Source: a virus (taxonomy: Duplodnaviria > Caudoviricetes). From it: a stretch of 56,817 nucleotides of DNA. Positions 37,708-47,016 of this stretch are shown piece after piece. Location of the stretch: positions 1 through 56,817 of IMG/VR virus record IMGVR_UViG_3300046822_000346; one strand, written 5' to 3'. Made by a program: the position numbers and the translations under genes. Within the stretch, counting starts at the first letter, position 1; each line of letters starts with the position of its first letter. The notes beneath the pieces were generated by a model. It worked only from the letters and a program-made list of their open reading frames with translations, had not been told where the DNA came from and ran no database searches.

Positions 37708-38069
37708 TGGCCGTTGAGCTCCTCGACGAACAGGTTGATCTCGCGATGTCGCTCTGCGATATCGTCCACCGAGCGAATGTTGAATATTCGCACGCCGGTG
37801 GGCGTGGTGTACTTGATGCGCATGTCCGGTGTGACTCCGGGGCGCCACCAGATGTTGACGTAGTAGAAAGTGTGGCCGGCTACTTGACCTTGTACGTATT
37901 GCTCGACGCCTTTGTACATGGTCAGACTGGCCCATACCTTCCACATAGTCACCCAGTTCTCGGCCAATCGACCTCCGGCTTGTTGCCGCGGCTGATTGGC
38001 CTGTATCTCGATCCGGCGGTTCTTAGGTCCCGCGCCGACCGGCTTAAACTGGAATTTATCTACTGGCAT
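37704..38069 (-). CDS. head closure protein
   Basis: RRIEIQ, VWA, DMRI, FNIRSV. Confidence 0.85.
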   Translation of the reverse strand: MPVDKFQFKPVGAGPKNRRIEIQANQPRQQAGGRLAENWVTMWKVWASLTMYKGVEQYVQGQVAGHTFYYVNIWWRPGVTPDMRIKYTTPTGVRIFNIRSVDDIAERHREINLFVEELNGQ

Positions 38070-38732
38070 TTAGAACCACGCCTGGTACACTGCTGGCCAC
38101 GGCCGGTAGGATTGCTGTAGCGGTCCGCGCAGGCGGAACGTGTCGAGATCCTGATAGATATCGTTGGGCACGTTTTGGCCCTCGCGGTTGAGGTACCAAA
38201 ACGCGATCAACTCGTAGATGACCTGGATAAATGGATCTGGCACGGCCAACGCAAGGCTCCCATATCCGGCAGTGTACGTGATCTTGAACGAAGCAAAACC
38301 ACGCATGGTAGGCCATACAGGCCAGACCTGTCCGGGGTTGAGGATAATGCGTCCAGGCGTCGATACCGTATCCACTACGAACACAGTCGGATCTACTTGC
38401 GTGGCGGTACCATCAAAGCCCGTGACCTCAATCTTGGTCACGGACTGTAACGGCGGCCGAGCAATCTCAGTCATGAATGGGCCATAGTCCATCAGCTGTT
38501 GCCAGGTCTGAGTTAGCAACGCGCGCCGTGTGTACTCCTCCACCCCACGCCGTGCCCGAGAGATGAGTCCCGCGAGCATAGCGTCTTCATCGGTGAAGTC
38601 AACTTTCAGGTACGCTTTTACCTGGTCGAGCGTCACTGGTTCGACGCTTGGGGCGGTGAGGAGCTGCGGGGAGATCCTGTTGCGCCTCTTCAGGTCGCGT
38701 ATCAGGAAGTTGTCCGGGTCCAGTTTCGACAT
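38070..38732 (-). CDS. head-tail connector (gp6/gp15-like); start uncertain
   Basis: EPVTLDQVKAYLKVD..ED, TRRALLTQTW, YTAGYG, WYLNRE. Confidence 0.9.
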   Translation of the reverse strand: MSKLDPDNFLIRDLKRRNRISPQLLTAPSVEPVTLDQVKAYLKVDFTDEDAMLAGLISRARRGVEEYTRRALLTQTWQQLMDYGPFMTEIARPPLQSVTKIEVTGFDGTATQVDPTVFVVDTVSTPGRIILNPGQVWPVWPTMRGFASFKITYTAGYGSLALAVPDPFIQVIYELIAFWYLNREGQNVPNDIYQDLDTFRLRGPLQQSYRPWPAVYQAWF

Positions 38733-38895
38733 CTGCCCACTCCGCAACATCAACGTGCCGATGTACAAAACTTTCCGCGAGTTCTCGAGACAGTGGCGGG
38801 AAAGTTGTCTCGTCGTATTCCTCGCCCGCCACATACTCGTGCACGTCGGTACCGTTCGGGGACCCCAAGCGCGTCTGAAGCATGCGTATCCGCAT
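38599..38895 (-). CDS. small hypothetical virion protein
   Basis: MRIRMLQT..GS.NG...EY..GEEY; overlaps the connector 5' end. Confidence 0.5.
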   Translation of the reverse strand: MRIRMLQTRLGSPNGTDVHEYVAGEEYDETTFPPLSRELAESFVHRHVDVAEWADVETGPGQLPDTRPEEAQQDLPAAPHRPKRRTSDARPGKSVPES

Positions 38896-38896
38896 A

Positions 38897-39301
38897 CTAG
38901 ACGATCGTGGATCCCGACGGCGCATAGCGCAGGTAGCCGAGGAAGGCGACCGCGGAAGTCACCGCACCTGTCGTACCGGACGCGATCAGCTGCACGATAC
39001 GCACATAGCGCAGCGAGCCGATATACGCCACAGCTTGCACCGCCGTGCCGCCACCACCAGAAGTCGCGCTCGTGAAGACACCCAGCTGGTCAGACGCCGC
39101 CACGTCCGTGAACGTGGCATTGTCGCTCGACTCCTGGAGCTTGAACGTGTGCGTGCCGTCTGTCACCACGCCGATCGCCAAGATGAAGGTCAGCGCTTCG
39201 CCCAGTTGGCGGTCGATCCCAAGGCCATTGTTAGTTGCCCCAGACCGAGCCGCAGGCGCGAGGGCCAGTGAAGGCGCAATCTCGCGAAGTTGGTCTCGCA
39301 T
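38897..39301 (-). CDS. capsid decoration / accessory protein
   Basis: Follows the MCP; G.GID...LQESSDN..FTDVA...Y.G..RYVR. Confidence 0.7.
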   Translation of the reverse strand: MRDQLREIAPSLALAPAARSGATNNGLGIDRQLGEALTFILAIGVVTDGTHTFKLQESSDNATFTDVAASDQLGVFTSATSGGGGTAVQAVAYIGSLRYVRIVQLIASGTTGAVTSAVAFLGYLRYAPSGSTIV

Positions 39302-39363
39302 CTCACACTCCTGGGGCTACACCGAAGTGTAGCCCACCAGACTCGTGATCCTTGGGCCGTAGC

Positions 39364-40572
39364 CTACTGGATCTTGATGATCCGCATCGCCTCGGGCAGC
39401 ACCACCTGGCCGCCGACACGCTTGCGCGTCAGATACGCCAGCTGGCCCGACTCGGCATATTTCTCGGTCAAAACCTTGACGACCATCTGTACACGATCGA
39501 TGATTGTGTACGCGCGTTTGAAGTCGCCGAACATCACCGCGAACGCGCCGGTTGCCACGAGCGGCATGTCCGGCACTTCCATGTACGGACGACCCAGGAT
39601 CGTCGCCGGTTGCGCGCCACCCAGGCCATCGGGGTAGCTCGGCTCCCACAGATAGCGGTTCTGGGTATCTTTGAGGCCTCGGATGTAGCCGATGGTCTCA
39701 CGGCGCATCAGCCACTGCGCGTTGCCCGCGTAGGCCGACTTCAGGTTGTACATGGACGTGATGAGGTCGTCGAACTTCAGGGTCCCCACCGTACCCGAGG
39801 TATCCTGCGCCACACCGGTGTTGGCGCCCAGTAGGCCGAACGGCTGACCTACACCCGTGCCATTGACGAACGCCTTGCCTTCGGCCACCGCGAACTGCTC
39901 CGCGGTCTCCGTCTGGATCTCAGCGTCCAGATCGAACGCGCTGTCCTCGAGATCCTGCTGCGAGATAATCACCTCGGCATACATCTCGTGGTTCGGGATT
40001 TCCTGGCGGCCGAACTGGAGACCAGTCGTCTCGGTGCGGGTCGTGATCTCATTGACCCACCTGGCCGCGAACAGCCCTGTGCGGACCGGCATGATGACCG
40101 ATCGCATCGTGGTGGACCGCACGTTGGCGATCTGCCGGATCGGGGAGATCAGCACGACACCCTTGATGATGTCTTTGACCCATTCGTCCGGAGCCAAGAA
40201 GCCGCCGGTCGTGTCGTCTGACAGCGACAGCGCCTTCGCATCTTCCGGACCCGCCAGCTTCATGGCCTGCTGATACGCGGGCTCCATGTTGCTGAACTTG
40301 GCGGCGCGCACGAACTTCGAGAACGCTTTGCGCTCGGCGGACATGTCCGCGATCTGCGCATTGCTGCCGACATACGGGCGCCGCATCAGGGTCTCGACCA
40401 CGTCGATGCGCGAGCTGATCTCGGTAAGGGCGTTCTTGGTCTCCTGGAACGAAGCACCAACCGTCTTGATTTCTTGATCTTGGCGATCCGCCTTCTCGCG
40501 AAGAGCGGCAGTAAGCTCTCGGAGCTGGTCGCCAAGCGCCTTCTGGTCGTCTGGCACTTGTGTGCCTCCCAT
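39364..40572 (-). CDS. major capsid protein (HK97 fold)
   Basis: GGFLAP, F.NGTG..QP.G, LKD..NRYLW, GDF..AY.I.DR, RVGG. Confidence 0.95.
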   Translation of the reverse strand: MGGTQVPDDQKALGDQLRELTAALREKADRQDQEIKTVGASFQETKNALTEISSRIDVVETLMRRPYVGSNAQIADMSAERKAFSKFVRAAKFSNMEPAYQQAMKLAGPEDAKALSLSDDTTGGFLAPDEWVKDIIKGVVLISPIRQIANVRSTTMRSVIMPVRTGLFAARWVNEITTRTETTGLQFGRQEIPNHEMYAEVIISQQDLEDSAFDLDAEIQTETAEQFAVAEGKAFVNGTGVGQPFGLLGANTGVAQDTSGTVGTLKFDDLITSMYNLKSAYAGNAQWLMRRETIGYIRGLKDTQNRYLWEPSYPDGLGGAQPATILGRPYMEVPDMPLVATGAFAVMFGDFKRAYTIIDRVQMVVKVLTEKYAESGQLAYLTRKRVGGQVVLPEAMRIIKIQ

Positions 40573-41751
40573 TCAGTTCGCTAGGGCGCGAAGTTGCGCC
40601 AGGACGTCACTGTAGTCGCTGTCCTGAGTGGCTTGGGCCGGCTCAGAGGGCGCGGCAGTGGTGGCCTTATGCTCCGGCTGCTCGCGGGGCGTGTCAGTTG
40701 ACGGCTTAGTCTCATCCTGTACAGCGCCTTTGCTGTCACCAGAGTCGTAAGTGCCGCCCAACATGCCCTTCATCGATGTCGCGTGTCCCGCGAGGCTATC
40801 GGCAATATCCCCCAACGCTTTTTCGTTGGCGGCAGAGAACGTGCGGCCGACCTTTGCCTCATCGGGTGCACCTGCGGACATATATCCGCCATAGTAACCA
40901 TAGGAATAATCAGAGTCATCGTCGTCCGCGATACCCAGTGCGGCGAGAAGATTATCAGCCGCAGTAGCTACCACGTCCGATTCCGTATCCAGCTGTCGGG
41001 CTAGATCTTGTACACCTTCTGCCCCGGCCACAGCCGCCACTGCAGCCGAGACAGTCTGGAGGGCGGCATTATCCATGCCATCTGGATCCGGGATACCGAG
41101 CAGCTGCACCAACATGTCACAGTACTGCACCAAGGCATCGGTAGCATCATCGATGTACTGCGCCAGACACGCGACTGCCGCAATGCCGCCATCATTGACG
41201 GACTTTTGCAGGCGCGGGGGAATCGGGCGCTGCTTTCCGGCGCCACGTCGTTTCACCGTAGTCACATCCGCCTCCGCGTTCATTGGAAAGGTAACAATGG
41301 ACCCTTCCCACAGGCGCAGCTCGATCAGATTGCGTACGCCCTTCTCCCAACGCTCTTTGACCGTATCATAGCCAATGGACATGCCCCGAATGTACTTCTT
41401 CTTGAGCCCGCTATACGCCCGCTGGCCTTGTGGGATATCCATATCGAGTTCACCCTCGACATAGAGTCCCTTGGCATCCTCCGCCATATTGACAAAGCCG
41501 CCGATCGGCTCGTTGGGGTTGTGCTGCCAGAGGATCGGAAAAAGATACGGCGAATCACTTGCCGACTGCGTACTTTTGGCTTCGCGGATAGTCTTGACAA
41601 ACGCTCCGGGCTGCACCGAGTCATTACCATAGTCAACATTGCCGAACGTGGACAGATACCCGGAAAACTTGCCCGTGGTATCATCCAAGGCCTTGAAGTC
41701 GTGCAGGACCAGAGTTTTGTGCGAAGGGGCCGTTTTCATACGGACTGGCAT
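40573..41751 (-). CDS. HK97-family prohead protease with an acidic C-terminal extension
   Basis: FSGYLSTFGNVD, LWQH..PIG, MSIGY, LWEGSIVTFPMN. Confidence 0.92.
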   Translation of the reverse strand: MPVRMKTAPSHKTLVLHDFKALDDTTGKFSGYLSTFGNVDYGNDSVQPGAFVKTIREAKSTQSASDSPYLFPILWQHNPNEPIGGFVNMAEDAKGLYVEGELDMDIPQGQRAYSGLKKKYIRGMSIGYDTVKERWEKGVRNLIELRLWEGSIVTFPMNAEADVTTVKRRGAGKQRPIPPRLQKSVNDGGIAAVACLAQYIDDATDALVQYCDMLVQLLGIPDPDGMDNAALQTVSAAVAAVAGAEGVQDLARQLDTESDVVATAADNLLAALGIADDDDSDYSYGYYGGYMSAGAPDEAKVGRTFSAANEKALGDIADSLAGHATSMKGMLGGTYDSGDSKGAVQDETKPSTDTPREQPEHKATTAAPSEPAQATQDSDYSDVLAQLRALAN

Positions 41752-41866
41752 GTCTATCTCCTCCCGGGTGCACATCCGGGGTATAGTTCTATGGTTATGA
41801 TACCGCGCCAACGCGCAAACTGCACGACCCCGTCACGCTCAGTTTGTAAAATTGACCCAAATGGCT

Positions 41867-42316
41867 TTAGTGCTGGTAGCCGCACGCTCGCGCTAGATCA
41901 CCCGGCGTCACCGTTTCGAAGTGCTGAAACTTGGACACCGCCGGATCACCCCACTTGGCCAGGAATGCCGCGGCCAGGTGGCTACAGTCGAAAGCCTTGC
42001 GGCCGATCAGGAGTGCTCTGCCACTCAACTTGAGTATATCGTCGTAGATATCTTCGTACGAGTACTCGTCCCCTACCTGAGCATGCAACCAGTCCCGCAC
42101 ACTGTCCTGTTTGGGCAAGGAGATCAGGGGTCGCGGCCGATAGACCAGCCCTGTGCGCTGGTACTCCATCAGTACCACGCCGTTGTTCATAGCCGCTACC
42201 TGCGTCGTATCGTCCCAACGGATCGCCACATGCACCACGTCTGATTGAGTGCGCCACTCAATCAAGTGGGACGTGAACGATCCGTCACTGCGGTAGAACA
42301 AAATATCTCCGAACAT
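41867..42316 (-). CDS. permuted papain-like (YaeF/YiiX, NlpC/P60) protein
   Basis: GDILF...HVAI...YSY...CSHL...TPGDL with His preceding Cys. Confidence 0.8.
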   Translation of the reverse strand: MFGDILFYRSDGSFTSHLIEWRTQSDVVHVAIRWDDTTQVAAMNNGVVLMEYQRTGLVYRPRPLISLPKQDSVRDWLHAQVGDEYSYEDIYDDILKLSGRALLIGRKAFDCSHLAAAFLAKWGDPAVSKFQHFETVTPGDLARACGYQH

Positions 42317-42324
42317 GTCTCCCC

Positions 42325-43188
42325 CTACGCCGGATCGTATGTCTCGGTACAGCGGCAGTTCACAATCTCTCCTGCATCTGCCCCCAAAGAACTATCCCCC
42401 GGGAACATCAGCTGAGAGCCACCGACATCATACGGATCCGTGAGTGCTTGCTGCTGCCCATCTGCGGCAGCGTGGGTCTCGCGAGTACGTAATCCCCCGG
42501 TTGCCAGCCATGTATGCACCAGAGTGAGTCCCGTGCCCAACGCATACTGCTGACTGGCGCAGTTACTCGCCGCCACAGTCTCGGTCCGCGCGATCATAGT
42601 AGCGCGCGATCCCAGGCCCACATATAGACTCGATATACTCGCGGCAATGTCGTCCATACCCAGGCCGGCCTCAACAGCCGCAGCCACCACTTGGGCAACC
42701 TGATCGCGGGTGGTATCGGTGATATCGGATACCTTCGAGAGACCCACAGGGCCAAGAATATAATCCACCACATCTTCCAGCCACGGATCCTCGTCATAGA
42801 GATCCTCCAGGTCTGGATCCATATCAACATCGTAGTCATCTTTGCGCTTTGACGGCACCCACAGTTTGGCACTGGTGTACGGATCCAACTCTTTGGCCGT
42901 AATAGTACCAAAGTCCTGTCCCACGGCCACATAGGTTGCAACCAATAGTTGCTGCCAGGCCTGTTTGGCTGGGTCCGACATCAGATAGGCCGACACCACG
43001 CTCAGTCCGTGTTGTGCGTCAACGCTGCTGCGAAAGGCTTCGAGGACGGCGCGCTTCTCTTTGCCGAACTGCTTGTCGACAACAGTCTCGATCGCTGTGT
43101 ACCACGAGGTGCGGGCACGCTCTTTTTCTTGCCCGAGGCGTACTCGATCGTCATCACTCCGCGCTTTGAGACGAAAGGGCGGCGCTTC
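42325..43188 (-). CDS. MuF/SPP1 gp7-like head morphogenesis protein, probably expressed by frameshift from portal
   Basis: IARTE, WLAT...TRETH...DGQ, FPGD, NCRC; frame open to 43188 with no start codon until GTG at 43002/42999. Confidence 0.8.
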   Translation of the reverse strand, partial: EAPPFRLKARSDDDRVRLGQEKERARTSWYTAIETVVDKQFGKEKRAVLEAFRSSVDAQHGLSVVSAYLMSDPAKQAWQQLLVATYVAVGQDFGTITAKELDPYTSAKLWVPSKRKDDYDVDMDPDLEDLYDEDPWLEDVVDYILGPVGLSKVSDITDTTRDQVAQVVAAAVEAGLGMDDIAASISSLYVGLGSRATMIARTETVAASNCASQQYALGTGLTLVHTWLATGGLRTRETHAAADGQQQALTDPYDVGGSQLMFPGDSSLGADAGEIVNCRCTETYDPA

Positions 43189-44606
43189 TCATCCCCCGCA
43201 GGTGCCACAGGTGCAGCGGGCGTCGTTGGTTCTGCCCCAGGAACCGCCGGTTCTGCACCGGTTGGGGCAGGACCTGTGTTTGGATCGGGCGGGTTGGGGT
43301 TCTCGACCGTTTGGCCCGGCAGCAAGGACACCGGCGGTACCACAGGTGGCTCGGCGGCCTGCTCGATCGGGAGTTGCTCGGTGGTCATGTACAAGAGATC
43401 TGCGGCCTCATTCTCGTAGAGCTCGTAGCCCAGTTCCTCACGAGCCTCGTTAGGCGTCAGGACCCCCGCCTTGACCGCGTTGAGTACATTGGTCCATACT
43501 ACCTGGCGATCTTCTTGTAGCGCCTCGATCGAGTCTTTGTCGTACATAAGCACGTACTGGTCGCCATACCGCACGGTCAGCCACTCGTTGAGTTCGGCCT
43601 GGAGCCAATCCATCAACGGCAGGATCTTTTCCTCGTAATAGGCCTTGCGTGCTTCTTGGTAATTGGAGTACGTCTTGTTGGAGTTATCTCCGATCAGCTC
43701 CGGCGGGACCCCGAAGGCAATCGCGATCTCACGCGCAGAGAGCTTCTGGCCCTCAAGCCAGTCCATATCCTTGGGGCTCACGCCCATCTCTTGCCACGTC
43801 ATGCCGCCCTCAAGCAGCAGCGGAGTCCCGGCGTTGGTAGTGCCCGTCCACTCATCGTTCAGAAGCCGCCGTAATCGGTCATACTCGTCATCGGAAATGC
43901 TGCCTGTCGAGGACAGCGCCCCAGTGGGCTTAGCTCCATTTTGCAGCATCGCCACATTCCACGCTTTGGCCTCATTATTCTGGTCGATGGAACGCGCGGC
44001 CGCTTGGATCGGCGAGAGACCGTACCAGTCGTTGGTAGGGTGAAAGGTCTTAAGATGCCGCGTATTGATGGTGTCCATACCCCCAACCGTGACGTTATTG
44101 GCGGTGTACTCGTATCCCCGAACCAATGTCACCGCATCGCCCGGAACCACCTTGACCCGATCGGGCCGTAGCGTCCACAGTTCTAGCGGCGGTTTGTTGC
44201 CCGAGGGCCCGGCGGTGGTGATATAGCTGTTCCCGGCCAACTGCAGGTAGGCGACCACTGCCTCAATGAACTTGGGTCCGGCCTGAAAGGGGTTGGGTTT
44301 GTCCAGCAAGTCCAGCAGCGGGTGGTCTTCGATCTCGGTCAACTTGGAACGTGACTTGCTGAACATCAGCCACGGAATACCGGCGCAGGTGGTGGAGACG
44401 TAATCGATGCAACGATACACGTAAATATTGCGGTTGAATCCTTCCTCGGCAAGCTTCTGATACTCCACCGGCGTCCACACCGGCCTGCCAGGAGTGGAGA
44501 TAGCTACCAGGGATCGCCCGACTGGATTATCCTTCCGCATTTCGGGTCCTAGCAAACGCACGCCCCACCGCACGGCTTGTTTGCCGACCCAGTCACGCAT
44601 TGCCAT
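43002..44606 (-). CDS. portal protein (HK97 family)
   Basis: HPLL.LL.KPN, GNSY, LRPDRV, GLSP, FGVPP..IG, TPNEAR. Confidence 0.95.
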   Translation of the reverse strand: MAMRDWVGKQAVRWGVRLLGPEMRKDNPVGRSLVAISTPGRPVWTPVEYQKLAEEGFNRNIYVYRCIDYVSTTCAGIPWLMFSKSRSKLTEIEDHPLLDLLDKPNPFQAGPKFIEAVVAYLQLAGNSYITTAGPSGNKPPLELWTLRPDRVKVVPGDAVTLVRGYEYTANNVTVGGMDTINTRHLKTFHPTNDWYGLSPIQAAARSIDQNNEAKAWNVAMLQNGAKPTGALSSTGSISDDEYDRLRRLLNDEWTGTTNAGTPLLLEGGMTWQEMGVSPKDMDWLEGQKLSAREIAIAFGVPPELIGDNSNKTYSNYQEARKAYYEEKILPLMDWLQAELNEWLTVRYGDQYVLMYDKDSIEALQEDRQVVWTNVLNAVKAGVLTPNEAREELGYELYENEAADLLYMTTEQLPIEQAAEPPVVPPVSLLPGQTVENPNPPDPNTGPAPTGAEPAVPGAEPTTPAAPVAPAGDEKRRPFVSKRGVMTIEYASGKKKSVPAPRGTQRSRLLSTSSSAKRSAPSSKPFAAALTHNTD

Positions 44607-44609
44607 GAA

Positions 44610-45899
44610 TCACCTCAGGCTCCGTATATTCGGGCGCGGTGCCAAGTTCAGCACAGTGAACGCGCCAGAAGTTGCATCGATCTGGTCTTTAAACGCGTGC
44701 GGGAACGCGAGGGCCTCTTCGAGCCAAGTATTGATCCAGTTGCCTCGTACCAGAAACAGGTTGCCGGCCCGAGCTGCAGAGCTCAGCGGGCCGGCGCGTG
44801 AGACTTTGTCCCGATCGGGGCGGTACGGATTCACATTGTAGCCTCGCAGTATATTGCGCTGATAATGTGAGATGGTATTAATACCACCAGAGCCAGGTTC
44901 TTGTTCAATATACACCGGCGTATTCGTACCGTCCAGCTCTGCAGCCAAACGGACCGTATTCTCAACCGCCAGAGGATCGCCGCGAAAGCGCACCATGTCG
45001 AGTAACCAATACTGCCCTTGGTGTGTTGCCAGTTTCGCACCCGCTGTGAACGCGCTAGTAGTATTGCGCGTTGCTGCAAAGTCCCAGAACCGTACAATCT
45101 TAGAGTGCATCGGGTAGTCGTCGACAATCTGGAAGTATTCGCGCTTGAACAGTTCGCCGTCGGGGATCACGTTCCAGTCGCCATTAAGCAACTGCGCCCG
45201 CGTGATCGGATCCAGGTTCTCCAACGAGCGTTGATAGTCCTCTTGGTCCAGGTGCGGGTTATCGGTCAGTTTGGCCGGAACGAACACGCGCCCGAACTTG
45301 CGCCCATCAATCAAGAATCGCTGGCGCACCCATTCGTGGCCTAGGCCGCCCGGGTTGCTGGCGCTCCGCACGCGTGTCGGGATACCGAGCTCGATGCGGC
45401 GCCGTTTGCGCGAGAACAGATACAAGTACCACGGCTCGTAGAACTGCGTCAGCTCGTCGAAGCCAATAAATTGGAACGCGGCGCCCTGGTACTGGTAGAT
45501 ATCATTCTTGGAATCGAGGTAGCCAAACGAGATGGTAGCGCCGCTGGGGAATTGCCACTGATGTAACGCGCTATCGTACTTGACATCGTTGCGCGAACCC
45601 CACCATTCCATGGAGAGTGGAATCAGCGCGCCCGGTTTCGAGAGATCGGCAAACGTGCGGCGCAAGATCAGGGCGTTGTATCCTGGTACGTCAACATACT
45701 GCGCTGCAGCGGCCAACATACCGTACGACTTGCCGCCGCCCGCTGCGCCCCCGTAGAAAACTTCCTCGACATCATTACAGAGCAAAAAAGCAAGTTGGCG
45801 AGTGGTAGGCTCCCCAACTATAAACTCATTCCAATGAAGCGACACCCGTTCCCGGATATTCTCGAGAACCGGACCCGTCCATTTAGGTATCGCCGCCAT
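44610..45899 (-). CDS. terL: terminase large subunit
   Basis: YGGAAGGGKS Walker A, FDELT Walker B, SNPGG, WDFA, DQIDA. Confidence 0.95.
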   Translation of the reverse strand: MAAIPKWTGPVLENIRERVSLHWNEFIVGEPTTRQLAFLLCNDVEEVFYGGAAGGGKSYGMLAAAAQYVDVPGYNALILRRTFADLSKPGALIPLSMEWWGSRNDVKYDSALHQWQFPSGATISFGYLDSKNDIYQYQGAAFQFIGFDELTQFYEPWYLYLFSRKRRRIELGIPTRVRSASNPGGLGHEWVRQRFLIDGRKFGRVFVPAKLTDNPHLDQEDYQRSLENLDPITRAQLLNGDWNVIPDGELFKREYFQIVDDYPMHSKIVRFWDFAATRNTTSAFTAGAKLATHQGQYWLLDMVRFRGDPLAVENTVRLAAELDGTNTPVYIEQEPGSGGINTISHYQRNILRGYNVNPYRPDRDKVSRAGPLSSAARAGNLFLVRGNWINTWLEEALAFPHAFKDQIDATSGAFTVLNLAPRPNIRSLR

Positions 45900-46155
45900 A
45901 CTCTGTATCCTCTCCCCTGAGAATACCAGACCCGCTATGCCTGGTACCCTCAGAGTCAGGAGAGTCCCACATATGGCCAAATAACGAGCGTGCCGGCGCG
46001 TGCTCGTCTCTCGTAGTATAGAACACGAGCGTTCGCAACGGCACGATGGGCCGAATGGTTAGGGCCGAAAGGGTCGCCTGCAGCGCGGAAATCTGCAGTT
46101 GCAGAATATCCAACTGTGCGTGAAGCTTCTGAATGGCTTCAAGCGACCCCACCAT
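45883..46155 (-). CDS. hypothetical protein
   Basis: AGGAG RBS; fills the queC-terL gap. Confidence 0.45.
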   Translation of the reverse strand: MVGSLEAIQKLHAQLDILQLQISALQATLSALTIRPIVPLRTLVFYTTRDEHAPARSLFGHMWDSPDSEGTRHSGSGILRGEDTEYGGDT

Positions 46156-46160
46156 GTCTC

Positions 46161-46895
46161 CTACAGATCTCCGCCAGTGTGCAGATCGAGACGTGCCACT
46201 TCGCAGGTCTCTTCCCAGGTGCAAGCATACGGCGTCGTATCGTACACGTGCGCCTGATACAGGGCCTGGCGCCGCTCCGAACACGTGCCACACTTGCCGC
46301 AGTGAATATCGCCACCCTCGTAACAGGACCACGTCTCCTGCACCGGCACACTATAAATCTCAGCCATACGCGCGATGTTCGTCTTGGACAACATCACGAA
46401 CGGCGCCCGCAGGATCGGCAGTGGGTCCGCCCATTCATTGCCCAATCGCAACGCGGTATTGAGTGCTGCGATGAACTCCGGCCGACAGTCGGGGTAGATC
46501 GCATGATCCCCTGCATGTACCCCAGTATACACCCTGGAGGCATGTTCCGCCACCGCAATCCCATAGGCGATGGAGAGCATGATCGCGTTGCGGTTCGGCA
46601 CAACCGTTGCCTTCATGTTGTCGGCAGCATAGTGGCCCATAGGCACTGCGCCGCCGTGAGCTGTCAGCGCCGAGCCGTGGAGCAGTTCGGCCATGAAGTC
46701 CATCTCGATCACGATGTGCTCGGCATGTAGCCGTCTGGCAGTTTGTGCCGCGAACTGGAGCTCTTTGCGATGCCGCTGGCCGTAGTCAAAACTCAGCAGG
46801 AGCAGGTCATCCTGCACGGTCCCATTGCCGCTCACCACATGAGCAAGCGTGACGCTGTCCAAGCCGCCGCTACAGATCACAATAGACTTCGCCAA
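46161..46895 (-). CDS. queC: 7-cyano-7-deazaguanine synthase
   Basis: SGGLDS, YGQRH, VPNRN, YPDCR, SCY..CGKCGTC. Confidence 0.95.
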   Translation of the reverse strand: MAKSIVICSGGLDSVTLAHVVSGNGTVQDDLLLLSFDYGQRHRKELQFAAQTARRLHAEHIVIEMDFMAELLHGSALTAHGGAVPMGHYAADNMKATVVPNRNAIMLSIAYGIAVAEHASRVYTGVHAGDHAIYPDCRPEFIAALNTALRLGNEWADPLPILRAPFVMLSKTNIARMAEIYSVPVQETWSCYEGGDIHCGKCGTCSERRQALYQAHVYDTTPYACTWEETCEVARLDLHTGGDL

Positions 46896-46969
46896 GGTCT
46901 TTCTCCTACGGCGTTTTACGTCAGTCCGCCGACGCTTCCGGATTGCCCTGTGCGCTCCGGTATGTTAAT

Positions 46970-46998
46970 AATATACCCTATTTCGGGCATATCATCAA
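46970..46998 (-). promoter_or_regulatory. internal promoter for queC
   Basis: TTGATG-N17-TATATT. Confidence 0.5.
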
Positions 46999-47016
46999 CG
47001 CCCCATTTGGGCCGGC

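Noticed and set aside
46915-46955. c-di-GMP-I (GEMM) riboswitch suggested by GCACAGGGCAA...GACGTAAA
   Set aside because: No GAAA-capped P2, no P3 or receptor, and too little room before the RBS.
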